Below the pieces are notes generated by a model. It saw only the letters and a program-made list of their open reading frames with translations. It searched no databases and had not been told where the DNA came from. The position numbers and the translations under genes are program-made. A stretch of 57,279 nucleotides of DNA from a virus (lineage: Duplodnaviria > Caudoviricetes): positions 1 to 57,279 of IMG/VR virus record IMGVR_UViG_3300021963_006667; one strand, given 5' to 3'. Shown here piece after piece: positions 1 to 10,224 of the stretch. Numbering within the stretch: the stretch's first letter is position 1; every line of letters starts with the position of its first letter.

Positions 1-1
1 G

Positions 2-2893
2 ACCATCAACGACGGTGCGGTGTATGTAAAGACGAGCGCATGGTTTACCGGTTCAACGACAGACATTCTCGGAACAACTGCGATCGTCACGTCAAACACG
101 ACCTTTACATCCAGCACGATGTTTGCTAACGTCGACTTGATCACGCTTGGCGCAAACGCATCCGATAGTCTTGTAGTCAACTCAATCGCCGACTTCAACT
201 CAAACACAAACGTTGATGGTATCCTTACCGTTACGGCCAACGCTGCATTCACGGGTACAAACACAACCTTTACCGCTATCGAAGCTACTGGTGAAATCAG
301 ACTCAAGGGTGCAGCAGCAAGAGTATTGAAGACTCAGAGCACTAGTGCAACTCTATACGACCTTCAAGTCGTACTTGCAAACACCGCAGGTTCGGTAACA
401 CCTCTTGTCGTTAACTCAACCGGTATTCTTCCAGGTGTTACTACGACGTTCGACATCGGTGGAACTTCATCACGTTGGAACAAAGGTTGGGTCAAAGATC
501 TTGACGTTGCGAACAGCGCAGTCATTACGAACCAACTATCAGTTTCCGGTAACGTTTCCTTCACGGGTGCTAACACGACCGTGACTGACCTTGAAGCTAC
601 CGGCGAGATCAGACTCAAGGGTTCTTCTGCTGAGACCATTAGAATTCAAAGTACTACCTCATCTCAACAGTCGCTTAACGTTGTGTTGACGAGTAACGCT
701 GCCGTAAGTATTACACCTCTTACGGTGAATTCGACTGGCATTATTCCAGGAGCCTCCGTAACGTTTGATCTTGGCGGAACATCCGCCCGTTGGAATAAAC
801 TTTGGGTAAAAGACATTGACGTTTCCTCCACAAGCGGTGTCGGTGTAAACCTGAGCGCTAACGTCGTTATTGGCAGAGACTTAAGCGTTTCTGGAAACCT
901 AGTTGTCTCTGGAACGACCACGCTTTCAAGCAACGTTGTACTTCAGGTCGCAGAATCAACATTTGCAAATAGCACCGTAACAAATCTATTCACTTTGGGT
1001 GCAGCGGCAAGGTTGAACTCTGATATTCTTCCGCAAACGACAACGACATACAACTTGGGTTCTACGACCCTGAGATATAGTAATGTATGGGCTTCAACGT
1101 TTACCGGCGCGCTTACAGGTAACGCGACTACTGCAACGACCCTTGAAACCGCAAGAACTATTAATGGCGTATCTTTCAATGGCTCGGCAAATATTACTGT
1201 AACAGCTAATACCACAAACACTCTTACACGCGGAACGTACCTAACCGGTTCAAACTTCAACGGCTCTGCTGCTACTACGTGGGCAGTCGATGCGACAGAT
1301 ACTAATACGGCTTCAAAGGTTGTTGTTCGCGATACAAACGGAAGTTTCTCGGCCAACGCGATCACGGCAACAACTATTACTGCGAACCTAACTGGTGCGG
1401 TAACCGGTAACGCAAGTACTGCGACGACACTTCAGACTGCAAGAACTATCAATGGTGTTTCTTTCAACGGTTCTGCGAACATCACGGTCACAGCAAACAC
1501 AAACGCTACCCTCACGAGAGGAACATATTTAACTGGTTCTGACTTCGATGGCAGTACCGCAAGAACTTGGTCAGTAGATGCTGATCCTGCGGCTACGGCT
1601 TCCAAGGTTGTTGCAAGAGATTCATCTTCTAACTTCGCTGCGAATACCATCACGGCTGCTCTATCTGGTAATGCAACCACTGCGACTACGCTCCAGACAG
1701 CAAGAACAATTAATGGTGTTTCTTTTAACGGTTCTGGTAACATCACCGTTACGGCAAATACTAACTCTACACTTACACGCGGAACGTATCTAACGGGTTC
1801 GAATTTTGACGGCTCTACTGCTACAACTTGGGCCGTTGATGCAACGACTACCGCAACCGCTTCGAAGATCGTGGCTAGAGATAGTCTTGGAAACTTTGCG
1901 GCTAATACTATCACGGCTGATTTGTCGGGTAATGCCTCAACAGCAACAACATTGGAAACTGCAAGAACTATTAATGGCGTCTCATTCAACGGTTCAGGTA
2001 ACATTACAATTGCTGCTAGTACCACAAACACTCTTACAAGAGGAGGGTATCTTACTGGTACTAACTTTAACGGATCCGCCGCCACAACATGGGCGGTCGA
2101 CGCCGATAGTGCTGCTACCGCTTCAAAGGTAGTTGCCCGTGACGCGTCTGCGAACTTTGCGGCAAACACCATCACGGCTACACTATTCTCAGGCTCTGGT
2201 GTATCGCTTACCTCTCTTAACGGCTCAAACATTTCTTCTGGTACCGTGGCTGACGCAAGAATTGCTACAACCCTAGTACGGACGTCTACCGCATTAACCG
2301 CTGGTGAAGGCATATCCGGCGGTGGCGACTTAAGCGCAAGTCGTCAGTTTGATGTTGATGCTACGGTTGTTCGTACCGCTAACACTCAGACGATTACCGG
2401 TGTAACCACGATGTCTAACCTTAGACTCAGCGGTGCCATGTTACCTACAGTAAACAATACCACTAACCTCGGTGCTGCAGGGAACGTATATCTTGCTGCT
2501 TACGCTACAACCTTCTACGGTACTGCAACATCTGCACAGTACGCCGACCTTGCAGAAAAATATCTTGCAGATGATGTGTACGACGTTGGCACTGTTATCG
2601 CAGTAGGCGGTGTGGCAGAAGTTACTGCGGCAAGTATCGACAACGCATCAGCGGTTCTTGGGGTAGTATCGGATAAACCTGCTTATCTCATGAACAGTGA
2701 ACTTGTTAGCGGTACCGCTATCGCACTGAAGGGACGTGTTCCAGTTAAGGTTACGGGCGAAGTGAAAAAGGGTGACAGACTTGCTCCTTCAACAACACCT
2801 GGTTATGCATGGGTAGACAACACAAGGGGTGCGTGGTCCTTTGCAATTGCGCTTGAAAATGGAAACAACATGGTAGAGGCTGTTATCCTCTAA
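2..2893 (+). CDS. Long tail-fibre-like protein with internal repeats and a C-terminal intramolecular chaperone/autoprocessing-type domain (5'-truncated)
   Basis: The frame is open from position 2, so the true start lies outside the window. The protein is Thr/Ala/Ser/Gly-rich with tandem repeats. The C-terminal YADLAEKY..D..Y..GTV..GG..EVT and ALKGRVPVKV.G.VKKGD.L motifs are typical of phage fibre chaperone domains. Confidence 0.8.
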   Translation, partial: TINDGAVYVKTSAWFTGSTTDILGTTAIVTSNTTFTSSTMFANVDLITLGANASDSLVVNSIADFNSNTNVDGILTVTANAAFTGTNTTFTAIEATGEIRLKGAAARVLKTQSTSATLYDLQVVLANTAGSVTPLVVNSTGILPGVTTTFDIGGTSSRWNKGWVKDLDVANSAVITNQLSVSGNVSFTGANTTVTDLEATGEIRLKGSSAETIRIQSTTSSQQSLNVVLTSNAAVSITPLTVNSTGIIPGASVTFDLGGTSARWNKLWVKDIDVSSTSGVGVNLSANVVIGRDLSVSGNLVVSGTTTLSSNVVLQVAESTFANSTVTNLFTLGAAARLNSDILPQTTTTYNLGSTTLRYSNVWASTFTGALTGNATTATTLETARTINGVSFNGSANITVTANTTNTLTRGTYLTGSNFNGSAATTWAVDATDTNTASKVVVRDTNGSFSANAITATTITANLTGAVTGNASTATTLQTARTINGVSFNGSANITVTANTNATLTRGTYLTGSDFDGSTARTWSVDADPAATASKVVARDSSSNFAANTITAALSGNATTATTLQTARTINGVSFNGSGNITVTANTNSTLTRGTYLTGSNFDGSTATTWAVDATTTATASKIVARDSLGNFAANTITADLSGNASTATTLETARTINGVSFNGSGNITIAASTTNTLTRGGYLTGTNFNGSAATTWAVDADSAATASKVVARDASANFAANTITATLFSGSGVSLTSLNGSNISSGTVADARIATTLVRTSTALTAGEGISGGGDLSASRQFDVDATVVRTANTQTITGVTTMSNLRLSGAMLPTVNNTTNLGAAGNVYLAAYATTFYGTATSAQYADLAEKYLADDVYDVGTVIAVGGVAEVTAASIDNASAVLGVVSDKPAYLMNSELVSGTAIALKGRVPVKVTGEVKKGDRLAPSTTPGYAWVDNTRGAWSFAIALENGNNMVEAVIL
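1115..2180 (+). repeat. Four tandem ~87-96 aa coding repeats (GNATTATTLxTARTINGVSFNGSxNIT...ASKVVxRDxxxxFxANxITA)
   Basis: Units begin near 1115, 1403, 1664 and 1925 (periods 288, 261 and 261 bp), with diverged synonymous sites. A separate pair of ~100 aa repeats (EATGEIRLKG...GGTSxRWNKxWVKD) lies at about 240-830. Confidence 0.9.
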
Positions 2894-2901
2894 GGAACAT
2901 T

Positions 2902-4920
2902 ATGAACGTTGTTTATGTGAACTACACTGTAAGAGACAGCGTATTTGATTATGCATGGCTCTCATTTAAAACCTACGTCGAAGATCACTATAAAGGCACG
3001 GCGAATTGGCATTGGCATTATCCAATCAGCGATTCCCGTGCCGATAGTCCAGAAGAACTAGCACAGAGAATATTACGACTTGACCCAAAGGTTGTGATGT
3101 TCTCTGTTTATGTTTGGAACGTCGGACTATCAAGAGAAGTTGCTCGAATCATCAAATCGCTTAGTCCCGAAATACACCTCGTATTTGGTGGCCCATACTG
3201 TGAGTACAAAGAAGATCCTGAGTACTTCACAAAATACCCATACATAGACTTCACTTGCCAGACGGACGGATACGGAGAACCTTTCATCAACGAGTTCCTC
3301 TATCAGGTAGAGACGGATCAAGACTGGAACAAGGTACCATACATGGTTCGAAAGGAAGGATACAGTCCTGTAACTTTCAACAAGCGTCAGTTTGAATGGC
3401 CGAAGAGAATCTTTGAGCGCAACTCTGACTACCTTCAAAAGGTAAAGGACGAACGCACCGGTTCCATCACCCTCATGACGATCTATGAGACGCAGCGCGG
3501 ATGCCCATACGGATGCACGTTCTGTGAATGGAGTGGCGGTATCAACTCAAAGGTTGCGTTTAAGCCAAGCGAAGATGTGATCGAAGACTTCACATGGCTC
3601 GCTAAAAACGGTTTCCTTGAGGACCTGCACATGGTAGAAGCAAACCTTGGCCAACTCGACAGGGACGTGATGCTCGTCGAGGAGTTGTGTAAGATCAAGG
3701 CAGAGTATGGAGTACCGAGAGACGTTATCCTTGCAGGACTCAGCAAGTCAAAGAAGTCAAACGTATATAAGATCGACAGACTTCTGGCTGCATCAGGACT
3801 TTCTAACGGATTCAAAATCTCGATGCAGGACATGGATCCACAGGTACTCAAGAACATCGAACGCGTGGACGAACCTTGGGAAAAGCAGTTCAAGGCATAC
3901 AACGAACTACGTGACGAGTTCGGAATCAAGCTAAGAGCCGAGATGATTCGTGGACTTCCTGGCACCACGCTCAATAGTTTCTATGAGCAGGCCGGAGAGA
4001 TGGCAAAGCACGGAGTTTTCTGGGATAAATACACGTGGCATCTTCTGCCTACGTCTCCTGCATCAAACCCTGAATACATGCAGAAGTTTAGCATCGAGGC
4101 GATAGACCTGATGACCGACTCAATGAAGGGTTCTGCATTCAACGCAAAGATGATCGACGAAGACAAGTTCACGGAGATCGGCGGACTCATCAACGATCAG
4201 AGATTCATTCAGCCGTCAAAGATAGTCGTATCCACCATGTCGTATACAAAAGAAGACTACGCCGAGATGGTCGTTTCGGACGGGATCATATTTGCCATGG
4301 AGACCGAGGGCTATCTGTCCAGGATAACAAAGTATCTCGACTCGAACGGGGTGCCACATTCGGTATTTTACAAAAGGTTCTATGATACCTTCATAGACCA
4401 GAAGTATCTTCAGCCTATCCAATTTACTGTGCTTAAAGCAATTATACAGCAGGCGTTGGACAAAGTACATCAAAAAAGCGCGGCTCCCTTCGAATACTAC
4501 AAACTCGAAGGGTTGCCATGGAACATCTACGCAAAGATCCCAACACTTATCAACATCATGATCAACGTCAACCGGGTTGAGTTCTACACCTCGATTCTTA
4601 GGTGGATCGTCGATGAGTTTGGAAGCGATCCTAAGTTGGATGACCTGATCGGTTGGTCCATGAATTCCGTGAAGTGGATAGACTACGACCCAACGAAACC
4701 GACCTCGTTCGTAACACAGTTTGACTGGACTGCGAATGAGTTGGTTGAAGGAACCTATATCAACACACCTTCAGACACACTCTACTCGAATGAAAACATG
4801 GACATCGATTGGCACCTATTGACGATGGAAAATCGAGTGAAGCAGTATTTTATTCGGCTATGCGCATTGCATGGTAGTAACAAGATGTTTGAGCATTTGA
4901 GGGTTACCCATGCTGAATAA
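2902..4920 (+). CDS. Cobalamin (B12)-binding radical SAM enzyme (class B methylase-like)
   Basis: N-terminal VMFSVYVWN...LVFGGP resembles a B12-binding domain. It has ETQRGCPYGCTFC (CxxxCxxC) and later IRGLPG and LLPTSP motifs. Confidence 0.85.
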   Translation: MNVVYVNYTVRDSVFDYAWLSFKTYVEDHYKGTANWHWHYPISDSRADSPEELAQRILRLDPKVVMFSVYVWNVGLSREVARIIKSLSPEIHLVFGGPYCEYKEDPEYFTKYPYIDFTCQTDGYGEPFINEFLYQVETDQDWNKVPYMVRKEGYSPVTFNKRQFEWPKRIFERNSDYLQKVKDERTGSITLMTIYETQRGCPYGCTFCEWSGGINSKVAFKPSEDVIEDFTWLAKNGFLEDLHMVEANLGQLDRDVMLVEELCKIKAEYGVPRDVILAGLSKSKKSNVYKIDRLLAASGLSNGFKISMQDMDPQVLKNIERVDEPWEKQFKAYNELRDEFGIKLRAEMIRGLPGTTLNSFYEQAGEMAKHGVFWDKYTWHLLPTSPASNPEYMQKFSIEAIDLMTDSMKGSAFNAKMIDEDKFTEIGGLINDQRFIQPSKIVVSTMSYTKEDYAEMVVSDGIIFAMETEGYLSRITKYLDSNGVPHSVFYKRFYDTFIDQKYLQPIQFTVLKAIIQQALDKVHQKSAAPFEYYKLEGLPWNIYAKIPTLINIMINVNRVEFYTSILRWIVDEFGSDPKLDDLIGWSMNSVKWIDYDPTKPTSFVTQFDWTANELVEGTYINTPSDTLYSNENMDIDWHLLTMENRVKQYFIRLCALHGSNKMFEHLRVTHAE

Positions 4921-5479
4921 GATTGTATTAGCGATGAATATAGAGGTCAACGAGGTCTATGATATTAGAAAGCGAACCAACGGCAGATTAAGTAACGCTT
5001 TTGTCGAGTATTGCATCGAAGACTCGTATGTCCGAGAGCGTGCACTCAAGAATCTTGTCGCAAATAAAGTCGATCGTAAGGTTGTTGAAGCGTTCAAGGT
5101 TTTAGACCTACAAACAGTATTTTCTTCCGTTCCAGATGACGAGTTAGTTGACTTTTTTGAGAAGATGTGTTATAAGATAAACGATATGATCTATATTAAG
5201 TTTGAGGCTGACACGTTTAAGGGATTCGATCTTCACGGAAAGATTGTATTGCCAGTAGTCTATTCTGGTAATCGTCCGGTTACCAAACATAAGTACATTG
5301 GATGGGTGACTCCTCATAACATCGAACACCTGTTAGAGCATGAGAAGATCACGGAAGACGTTGCAACCAAGGTGCAACTAAAATACGCAGAGATGCTACG
5401 TAAACATAAAGACGAATTCGACGTATTTTTTGACGGCTCTCCTATAGAGGAAGTTTTGGAGTATATCAACAATGATTAA
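4910..5479 (+). CDS. Hypothetical protein in the radical SAM cluster
   Basis: 189 aa ORF overlapping both neighbours by 8-11 nt; no motif recognised. Confidence 0.7.
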   Translation: MLNKIVLAMNIEVNEVYDIRKRTNGRLSNAFVEYCIEDSYVRERALKNLVANKVDRKVVEAFKVLDLQTVFSSVPDDELVDFFEKMCYKINDMIYIKFEADTFKGFDLHGKIVLPVVYSGNRPVTKHKYIGWVTPHNIEHLLEHEKITEDVATKVQLKYAEMLRKHKDEFDVFFDGSPIEEVLEYINND

Positions 5480-6485
5480 TTGGGCATTCACTTGGTCTTC
5501 ACGTAGAGCACCTGCGTGGGAAAACTGCAACGACGCAATGAACCTTGCCGTTGGACCTGAGTGGGTCTTTGGTGACTACTACCTACCGGTAAACACTCGG
5601 TATTCCGGCTCTCCTCTGAAGGAGTTTAAGGACGATGAGCGCATAAAACTTCTTAACGCACCGGCAGTAGATCAGTTCGAGGCGGAAACGTTCAAGTACG
5701 TCATAGAAGAGAATAGGTCTGGATACAACCTAGAGGTAGCCGATCGTGTAGGACATTTGATCCTTAAGGAACACGCGACTCCAGACATTTTACTCACCGA
5801 ACAAAATAGTCGTGTCATAGACCTGGACGAGGTTTACAAATACCTTCAGGAATATGATTGGGTCGCACTCGGAATCAAATTCAACAACATCGAGATCAGC
5901 GACAAGACGATCATGGCGAAGTCGTTCTTCTATGCCCGCGATAAGGATCTGAAGTTGGTAAACCTGTCAGGTCAGAATCAACCTTACAACGACGTCTCAT
6001 CGATCCCTGCTATAACGTATTGTGTGTTTAAGAAGACGAAGAACGTGGGTCTGGTCAACTGCATTGTAAACCCACACCTTGTTTCCGTTCCGCATATGGA
6101 TTCTAGGGTGTATGGAGATAAGCATCACGTGTTCGCACTCGACGCGTTTGACTCGACGATCGAGGACTACTTTCTTAAACCTACCATCGTTGGAAGCGAC
6201 ACTAACATCATCAACAACAACGTGATATTCACGAACGTGCAGTTCCAAATGTTGGAATATGAGGCGTCATTTTACCACATCCGTAATAAGTCGTACATAC
6301 CCTTTCCGAGAACGATTAAAACAAATTTAGGTGTAACTACGATCGGAAACGTGATAAGTATAAACCCAACTCGCCATTACGGGTACATATCCATAGAATA
6401 CGACGTTGACTCTATGATAAATAGCTATGGAGTTGCCTCTCAGGTAGGCAAACACAAAATTGAATACACCGTAATTAGAGGATAA
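5472..6485 (+). CDS. Hypothetical protein in the radical SAM cluster
   Basis: 337 aa ORF coupled to its neighbours; no motif recognised. Confidence 0.7.
   Translation: MINWAFTWSSRRAPAWENCNDAMNLAVGPEWVFGDYYLPVNTRYSGSPLKEFKDDERIKLLNAPAVDQFEAETFKYVIEENRSGYNLEVADRVGHLILKEHATPDILLTEQNSRVIDLDEVYKYLQEYDWVALGIKFNNIEISDKTIMAKSFFYARDKDLKLVNLSGQNQPYNDVSSIPAITYCVFKKTKNVGLVNCIVNPHLVSVPHMDSRVYGDKHHVFALDAFDSTIEDYFLKPTIVGSDTNIINNNVIFTNVQFQMLEYEASFYHIRNKSYIPFPRTIKTNLGVTTIGNVISINPTRHYGYISIEYDVDSMINSYGVASQVGKHKIEYTVIRG
6416..6423 (+). promoter_or_regulatory. Possible variant late promoter (GATAAATA) upstream of the 64 aa HxH/Cys peptide gene
   Basis: One mismatch to TATAAATA, ending 67 nt before the ATG at 6491. 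Confidence 0.35.
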
Positions 6486-6490
6486 CTATC

Positions 6491-6685
6491 ATGGTTGCCG
6501 ACGTAACAAGCACCTTTACAGCGAATAATACGGTCACCCCGACGAAGGCAGTAGGTTCAACCATCGATGCCGCTTCCTTTAGAACGATGGTGAACACGCT
6601 CGACGCGCTGATTCAACACAGTCATACGTTCACCGATGACTACACCTCAAACTGCCAGTGCAACTGTCAGCGAGGCAGCATCTAA
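6491..6685 (+). CDS. 64 aa HxH-motif protein with C-terminal CxCxC; candidate radical SAM substrate (precursor-like)
   Basis: Preceded by the RBS GAGGA. Ends HSHTFTDDYTSNCQCNCQRGSI and abuts the SPASM enzyme gene with no gap. Confidence 0.75.
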   Translation: MVADVTSTFTANNTVTPTKAVGSTIDAASFRTMVNTLDALIQHSHTFTDDYTSNCQCNCQRGSI

Positions 6686-8335
6686 GTGACCGACAATTAT
6701 GTGAACGTGAAAAGAGTTCTAAGCGAAGCTCAAAAGAAACGCTTAGAAAACCATACACCGTCTGTTGTCGAACAGGATGGTAAATTAGTCACAACCTTTG
6801 AGACGATAAACATCTCAGGTAAGGGACAAAAGACAAACAAACTCATCACGGTCCTTCCCGCAGCGCAGGAACAGGCTGTACCGTTTGCGGATGCAGAGTT
6901 TTTGTATCGTGACCTGATACAGGTTAACGCGATGTTAACGAACGCGTGTAACCTCAGTTGCTCCTACTGCTACGAACAACACAACAAAGACTTCGGTAGA
7001 TTTACAAAAGAATCCCTTAAGCAAGTCTATGATTGGATGAACTCCCGTAACAACGGTAAGAAGAAGGTGTTCCAATTTTTTGGAGGTGAACCTCTCATCC
7101 ACAAGCCTTTGATCAAAGAGTTTATCGAGACTTATGACGAAGAGTTGTCGGGCAACTACAAAGATTATCGTGGCACCTACATTTCGATGTGTACAAATGG
7201 ACTTCTATTAAATGACGAGTTCATCGAGTTCTATTTCGGTAAGCCATACACGCACATGATGTTGAGTCTCGATACGCTGAATTCAGCAATCGATCACAGA
7301 GAGATCACGCCGGCTCAGTTAAACAAGGTTCTCAAGAGTATAGACAAGATCGTGGAAGTTCTTGGAGATGACGCGAATCGACTCGTGATTCGTGCCACCC
7401 TGTCACAAGAGACCTCGCGTGACATGAAGAACTTCATCGAGACGCTGTATGAGCATGGTGTTAGAAACATGGTTGTTCATCCACTTGTACTCGACTCAAA
7501 GCATGGTTACATCTCATGGAAAGATGAGAACTGGCAGAACATGAGAAGTTCTATCTTCGGTGCCCTTGAGAAGTATGATGACCTTTACATCAGATTCTCT
7601 GAAGGCGTTGGCCTGAAGGAAGATAGTAACTGTATGGTCGGTTCACACATGGTTGCCATCGACGCATCCGGTGACTTCTCGGGTTGCTACTTCTTCACCA
7701 ACCAGAAGTCTAACGGTGCAGACATTGCCGTTCTCGGAAACGTATTCCAGGACCGAGTATACATAGATCGGTACAAGAAGTTCCAAAGCGCCTATCAGGA
7801 GATGTTCGATACCGAGGAGCAGTGCAGAACCTGTGACTATCAGGATGCCTGTTATCAGTGTCCTGCCGGTAACATGGATACCGGATCGAGAATCTTCCGG
7901 CCTGACGATATGTGTCAAAAGATCGTAAAGCTCTACGTCGACTTTCAACACGACGTCGCAAAGAAACTATTCATGCGTCACGTGAAGAAGAGATTCGACC
8001 GAGTTGAAAAGCACGGTGAAAAGGTATTTGCCGCCGAGTTGCAATACTTTTATGATAAATTTAATGGAGAAGGTGTCGATGATTTTGAACATTATTTGCG
8101 GATTGATTTGCCTCATTATTCTGATGTCATTCGTGCCTGGTCCGTGGACGGCAAAACCGAAGCCACCGATCTACATTCGCTCTACAACATCCTCGCAAAA
8201 AGATTCGACAAGCCAAGAATCGATATTGAAATCACATCTGACTTCGTAAAGTGTTATTACATCCAATGCATATCGACGATCATCTTCGACAAGAACAGAA
8301 TGAACGAAGTCAAACTTACGACTTTGCTGGAATAA
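6686..8335 (+). CDS. Radical SAM/SPASM-domain protein
   Basis: CNLSCSYC, FFGGEPL and TNG motifs; SPASM-type cysteines CMVG...GC...CRTCDYQDACYQCPAG...C; N- and C-terminal extensions. Confidence 0.9.
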   Translation: MTDNYVNVKRVLSEAQKKRLENHTPSVVEQDGKLVTTFETINISGKGQKTNKLITVLPAAQEQAVPFADAEFLYRDLIQVNAMLTNACNLSCSYCYEQHNKDFGRFTKESLKQVYDWMNSRNNGKKKVFQFFGGEPLIHKPLIKEFIETYDEELSGNYKDYRGTYISMCTNGLLLNDEFIEFYFGKPYTHMMLSLDTLNSAIDHREITPAQLNKVLKSIDKIVEVLGDDANRLVIRATLSQETSRDMKNFIETLYEHGVRNMVVHPLVLDSKHGYISWKDENWQNMRSSIFGALEKYDDLYIRFSEGVGLKEDSNCMVGSHMVAIDASGDFSGCYFFTNQKSNGADIAVLGNVFQDRVYIDRYKKFQSAYQEMFDTEEQCRTCDYQDACYQCPAGNMDTGSRIFRPDDMCQKIVKLYVDFQHDVAKKLFMRHVKKRFDRVEKHGEKVFAAELQYFYDKFNGEGVDDFEHYLRIDLPHYSDVIRAWSVDGKTEATDLHSLYNILAKRFDKPRIDIEITSDFVKCYYIQCISTIIFDKNRMNEVKLTTLLE

Positions 8336-9369
8336 GATCTGTTACGATCTATCTTGGCGATACCTGTAACTTTGATTGCGTCTATTGCGACCGTGCATAT
8401 ATTAAGCACGACATTGGTTCACAGAATCTAAACAAGGCAGACTTCGACGACATCATAGAGTTTATGAAGGTCGTAAAGGAACAGGCGAAAGACCTAAAGG
8501 CAATCTCGTTCCATGGCGGTGAACCGTTCTTGTATGTAAAAAGAATGGACGAACTACTTGACGCGCTTGATCCGATCTTCGGAAAAGACATGGAGTACTA
8601 CATCACATCGAACGGTTCGAAGATCGTCGAGAACGAATGGTTCTTTCAGAAGTGGCCAAAGATCCATATCACCCTGAGCTACGACTTTAATTATCAGCTT
8701 GTCAATAGGGAATATGTAGACCTAAAAGCAATCTCGGAAGTGATCTATCGTAACGACTGCTACATGATGTTTCAGTTCGTGATTCCACCAGATGGGTTCC
8801 ATGAGGATACTTTAGCCGAGGTGATCAGATCGTGTAAACTTGCTCGTTGTGATACGATTAACATCATTCCGCTTCGACACCATCGTGGTGCAAGAAAGTT
8901 CAAAGTCCTTATTGACGATTTTAACATGAAGTGGTATAGTGTTTATTTGATGCGGTTCATCCATACTTTGTATGTCCAGGGAATCACGCTCAACATAGAT
9001 GGCAACTATCACGGAATCGACAAGCAATATCTCAACAATCACAGCAAGATGATCCTGAGTCCGGATGGATACGTGTATCCAGAGTTTGACTACCTTGAAT
9101 ATAAGCGAAAGGAATTCAGGATCGGCAAGTGGAAGGGTGGAATCGAACTCGACCGAGTCAAGGACGAGAACCAATTCATTCTTCCAGGTTGCGTGACCTG
9201 CCACATGAGGGACGCGTGCGGGTTGAAGTACCTATACAAGATGTTTGATGAAGAACCGAAAGGAAACTGCGTCGACTTCTACACAACGATCAACCTGATG
9301 GTGAAACACCTTCACGCCTTGAAACAGAAGCCCACGTTGATGCATTGGATTGGAATCGGAGATGGATGA
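8266..9369 (+). CDS. Radical SAM protein with a partial SPASM-like C-terminus
   Basis: CNFDCVYC, FHGGEPF and TSNG motifs; C-terminal CVTCHMRDAC...C. The start is ATG 8266 or GTG 8251, overlapping the upstream gene. Confidence 0.85.
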   Translation: MHIDDHLRQEQNERSQTYDFAGIRSVTIYLGDTCNFDCVYCDRAYIKHDIGSQNLNKADFDDIIEFMKVVKEQAKDLKAISFHGGEPFLYVKRMDELLDALDPIFGKDMEYYITSNGSKIVENEWFFQKWPKIHITLSYDFNYQLVNREYVDLKAISEVIYRNDCYMMFQFVIPPDGFHEDTLAEVIRSCKLARCDTINIIPLRHHRGARKFKVLIDDFNMKWYSVYLMRFIHTLYVQGITLNIDGNYHGIDKQYLNNHSKMILSPDGYVYPEFDYLEYKRKEFRIGKWKGGIELDRVKDENQFILPGCVTCHMRDACGLKYLYKMFDEEPKGNCVDFYTTINLMVKHLHALKQKPTLMHWIGIGDG

Positions 9370-9871
9370 TCTGTACAAAGCTGCGTGCAGGGTGAAGACC
9401 ATCATGCCGATGAAGTATTACGACTGGAAGCAGTGGCACGAATGGCCGTATCGAACGATCGGTGACCATATCGTCCATGACGAAACCATCATCGATGTCG
9501 GTGCCGGCTGTGGGTTCTTGAGCATGCACCTTCTTATGACCGGTAAGTGTGACAAGGTTATTGCGTACGATACCCGCGAGAACATGTGCGAGTTTATGTC
9601 GTTGCTAAGTAATACGTTGGGTCTGGCCACACGCCTTGAAGTAAGGTGCGAACCGTTTCAAAGTAACCGACACGACAACTTGACCGTCTCGACCAGACTC
9701 GGGTTTTCAAACCTGCTACTCAATAACAAGGCTCAGACTATAACTATGGCTCGTACGAGAGAGTGCGAACCTATCATGAGATACGTCGAAACTCCAGATG
9801 ATTGGAACGAGAAGGTCGTTACGAGAGATGATGGATTTACTATGAGGTTGTTATGGAACTATCGAGAATAA
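9362..9871 (+). CDS. Class I SAM-dependent methyltransferase
   Basis: IIDVGAGCGFLS motif I followed by VIAYD. ATG 9362 overlaps the end of the upstream gene. Confidence 0.75.
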   Translation: MDDLYKAACRVKTIMPMKYYDWKQWHEWPYRTIGDHIVHDETIIDVGAGCGFLSMHLLMTGKCDKVIAYDTRENMCEFMSLLSNTLGLATRLEVRCEPFQSNRHDNLTVSTRLGFSNLLLNNKAQTITMARTRECEPIMRYVETPDDWNEKVVTRDDGFTMRLLWNYRE

Positions 9872-10224
9872 TTCTACTCTATAACGATGAATTCGAGATC
9901 CCACTCGAAACCGTTTACGGAGTGGTGTACATGGTTCCAGGATTAACGAAGCAGTTTCCCTGGTGGATTCGTCGGTTCTGTATTGAAGGCTATGACTATA
10001 ATAGTCCAGACTTTGAAGTCGTAGGAACAGGAGTTTCATCCGTAGTCGGGACACCATTAACGGAGAAGGCACACGAGTATCGTAAATCGATCTTCGGCCA
10101 ACGATGGATCGAAGATCTTAACTATGAGATCGTCTCAACCTTTCCTCCGCTTAGAGGGGTTAGCGTTCAGGGAGACGACTACACTCTTGATTCGGATTTA
10201 ATGAGGATACTACAGAATGTCTGA
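9853..10224 (+). CDS. Hypothetical protein
   Basis: 123 aa ORF overlapping both neighbours within the operon. Confidence 0.6.
   Translation: MELSRIILLYNDEFEIPLETVYGVVYMVPGLTKQFPWWIRRFCIEGYDYNSPDFEVVGTGVSSVVGTPLTEKAHEYRKSIFGQRWIEDLNYEIVSTFPPLRGVSVQGDDYTLDSDLMRILQNV

Noticed and set aside
1115-2180. Tandem repeats considered as a CRISPR array or DGR template/variable repeats
   Set aside because: They are in-frame coding repeats that differ mainly at synonymous sites. There are no spacers, no adenine-specific variation and no reverse transcriptase in the window.
364-2313. Long minus-strand ORFs (for example 1432-2313, 293 aa) opposite the first fibre gene
   Set aside because: They are shadow frames produced by the repetitive Thr/Ala/Gly codons of the plus-strand gene, with no RBS or recognisable motifs.
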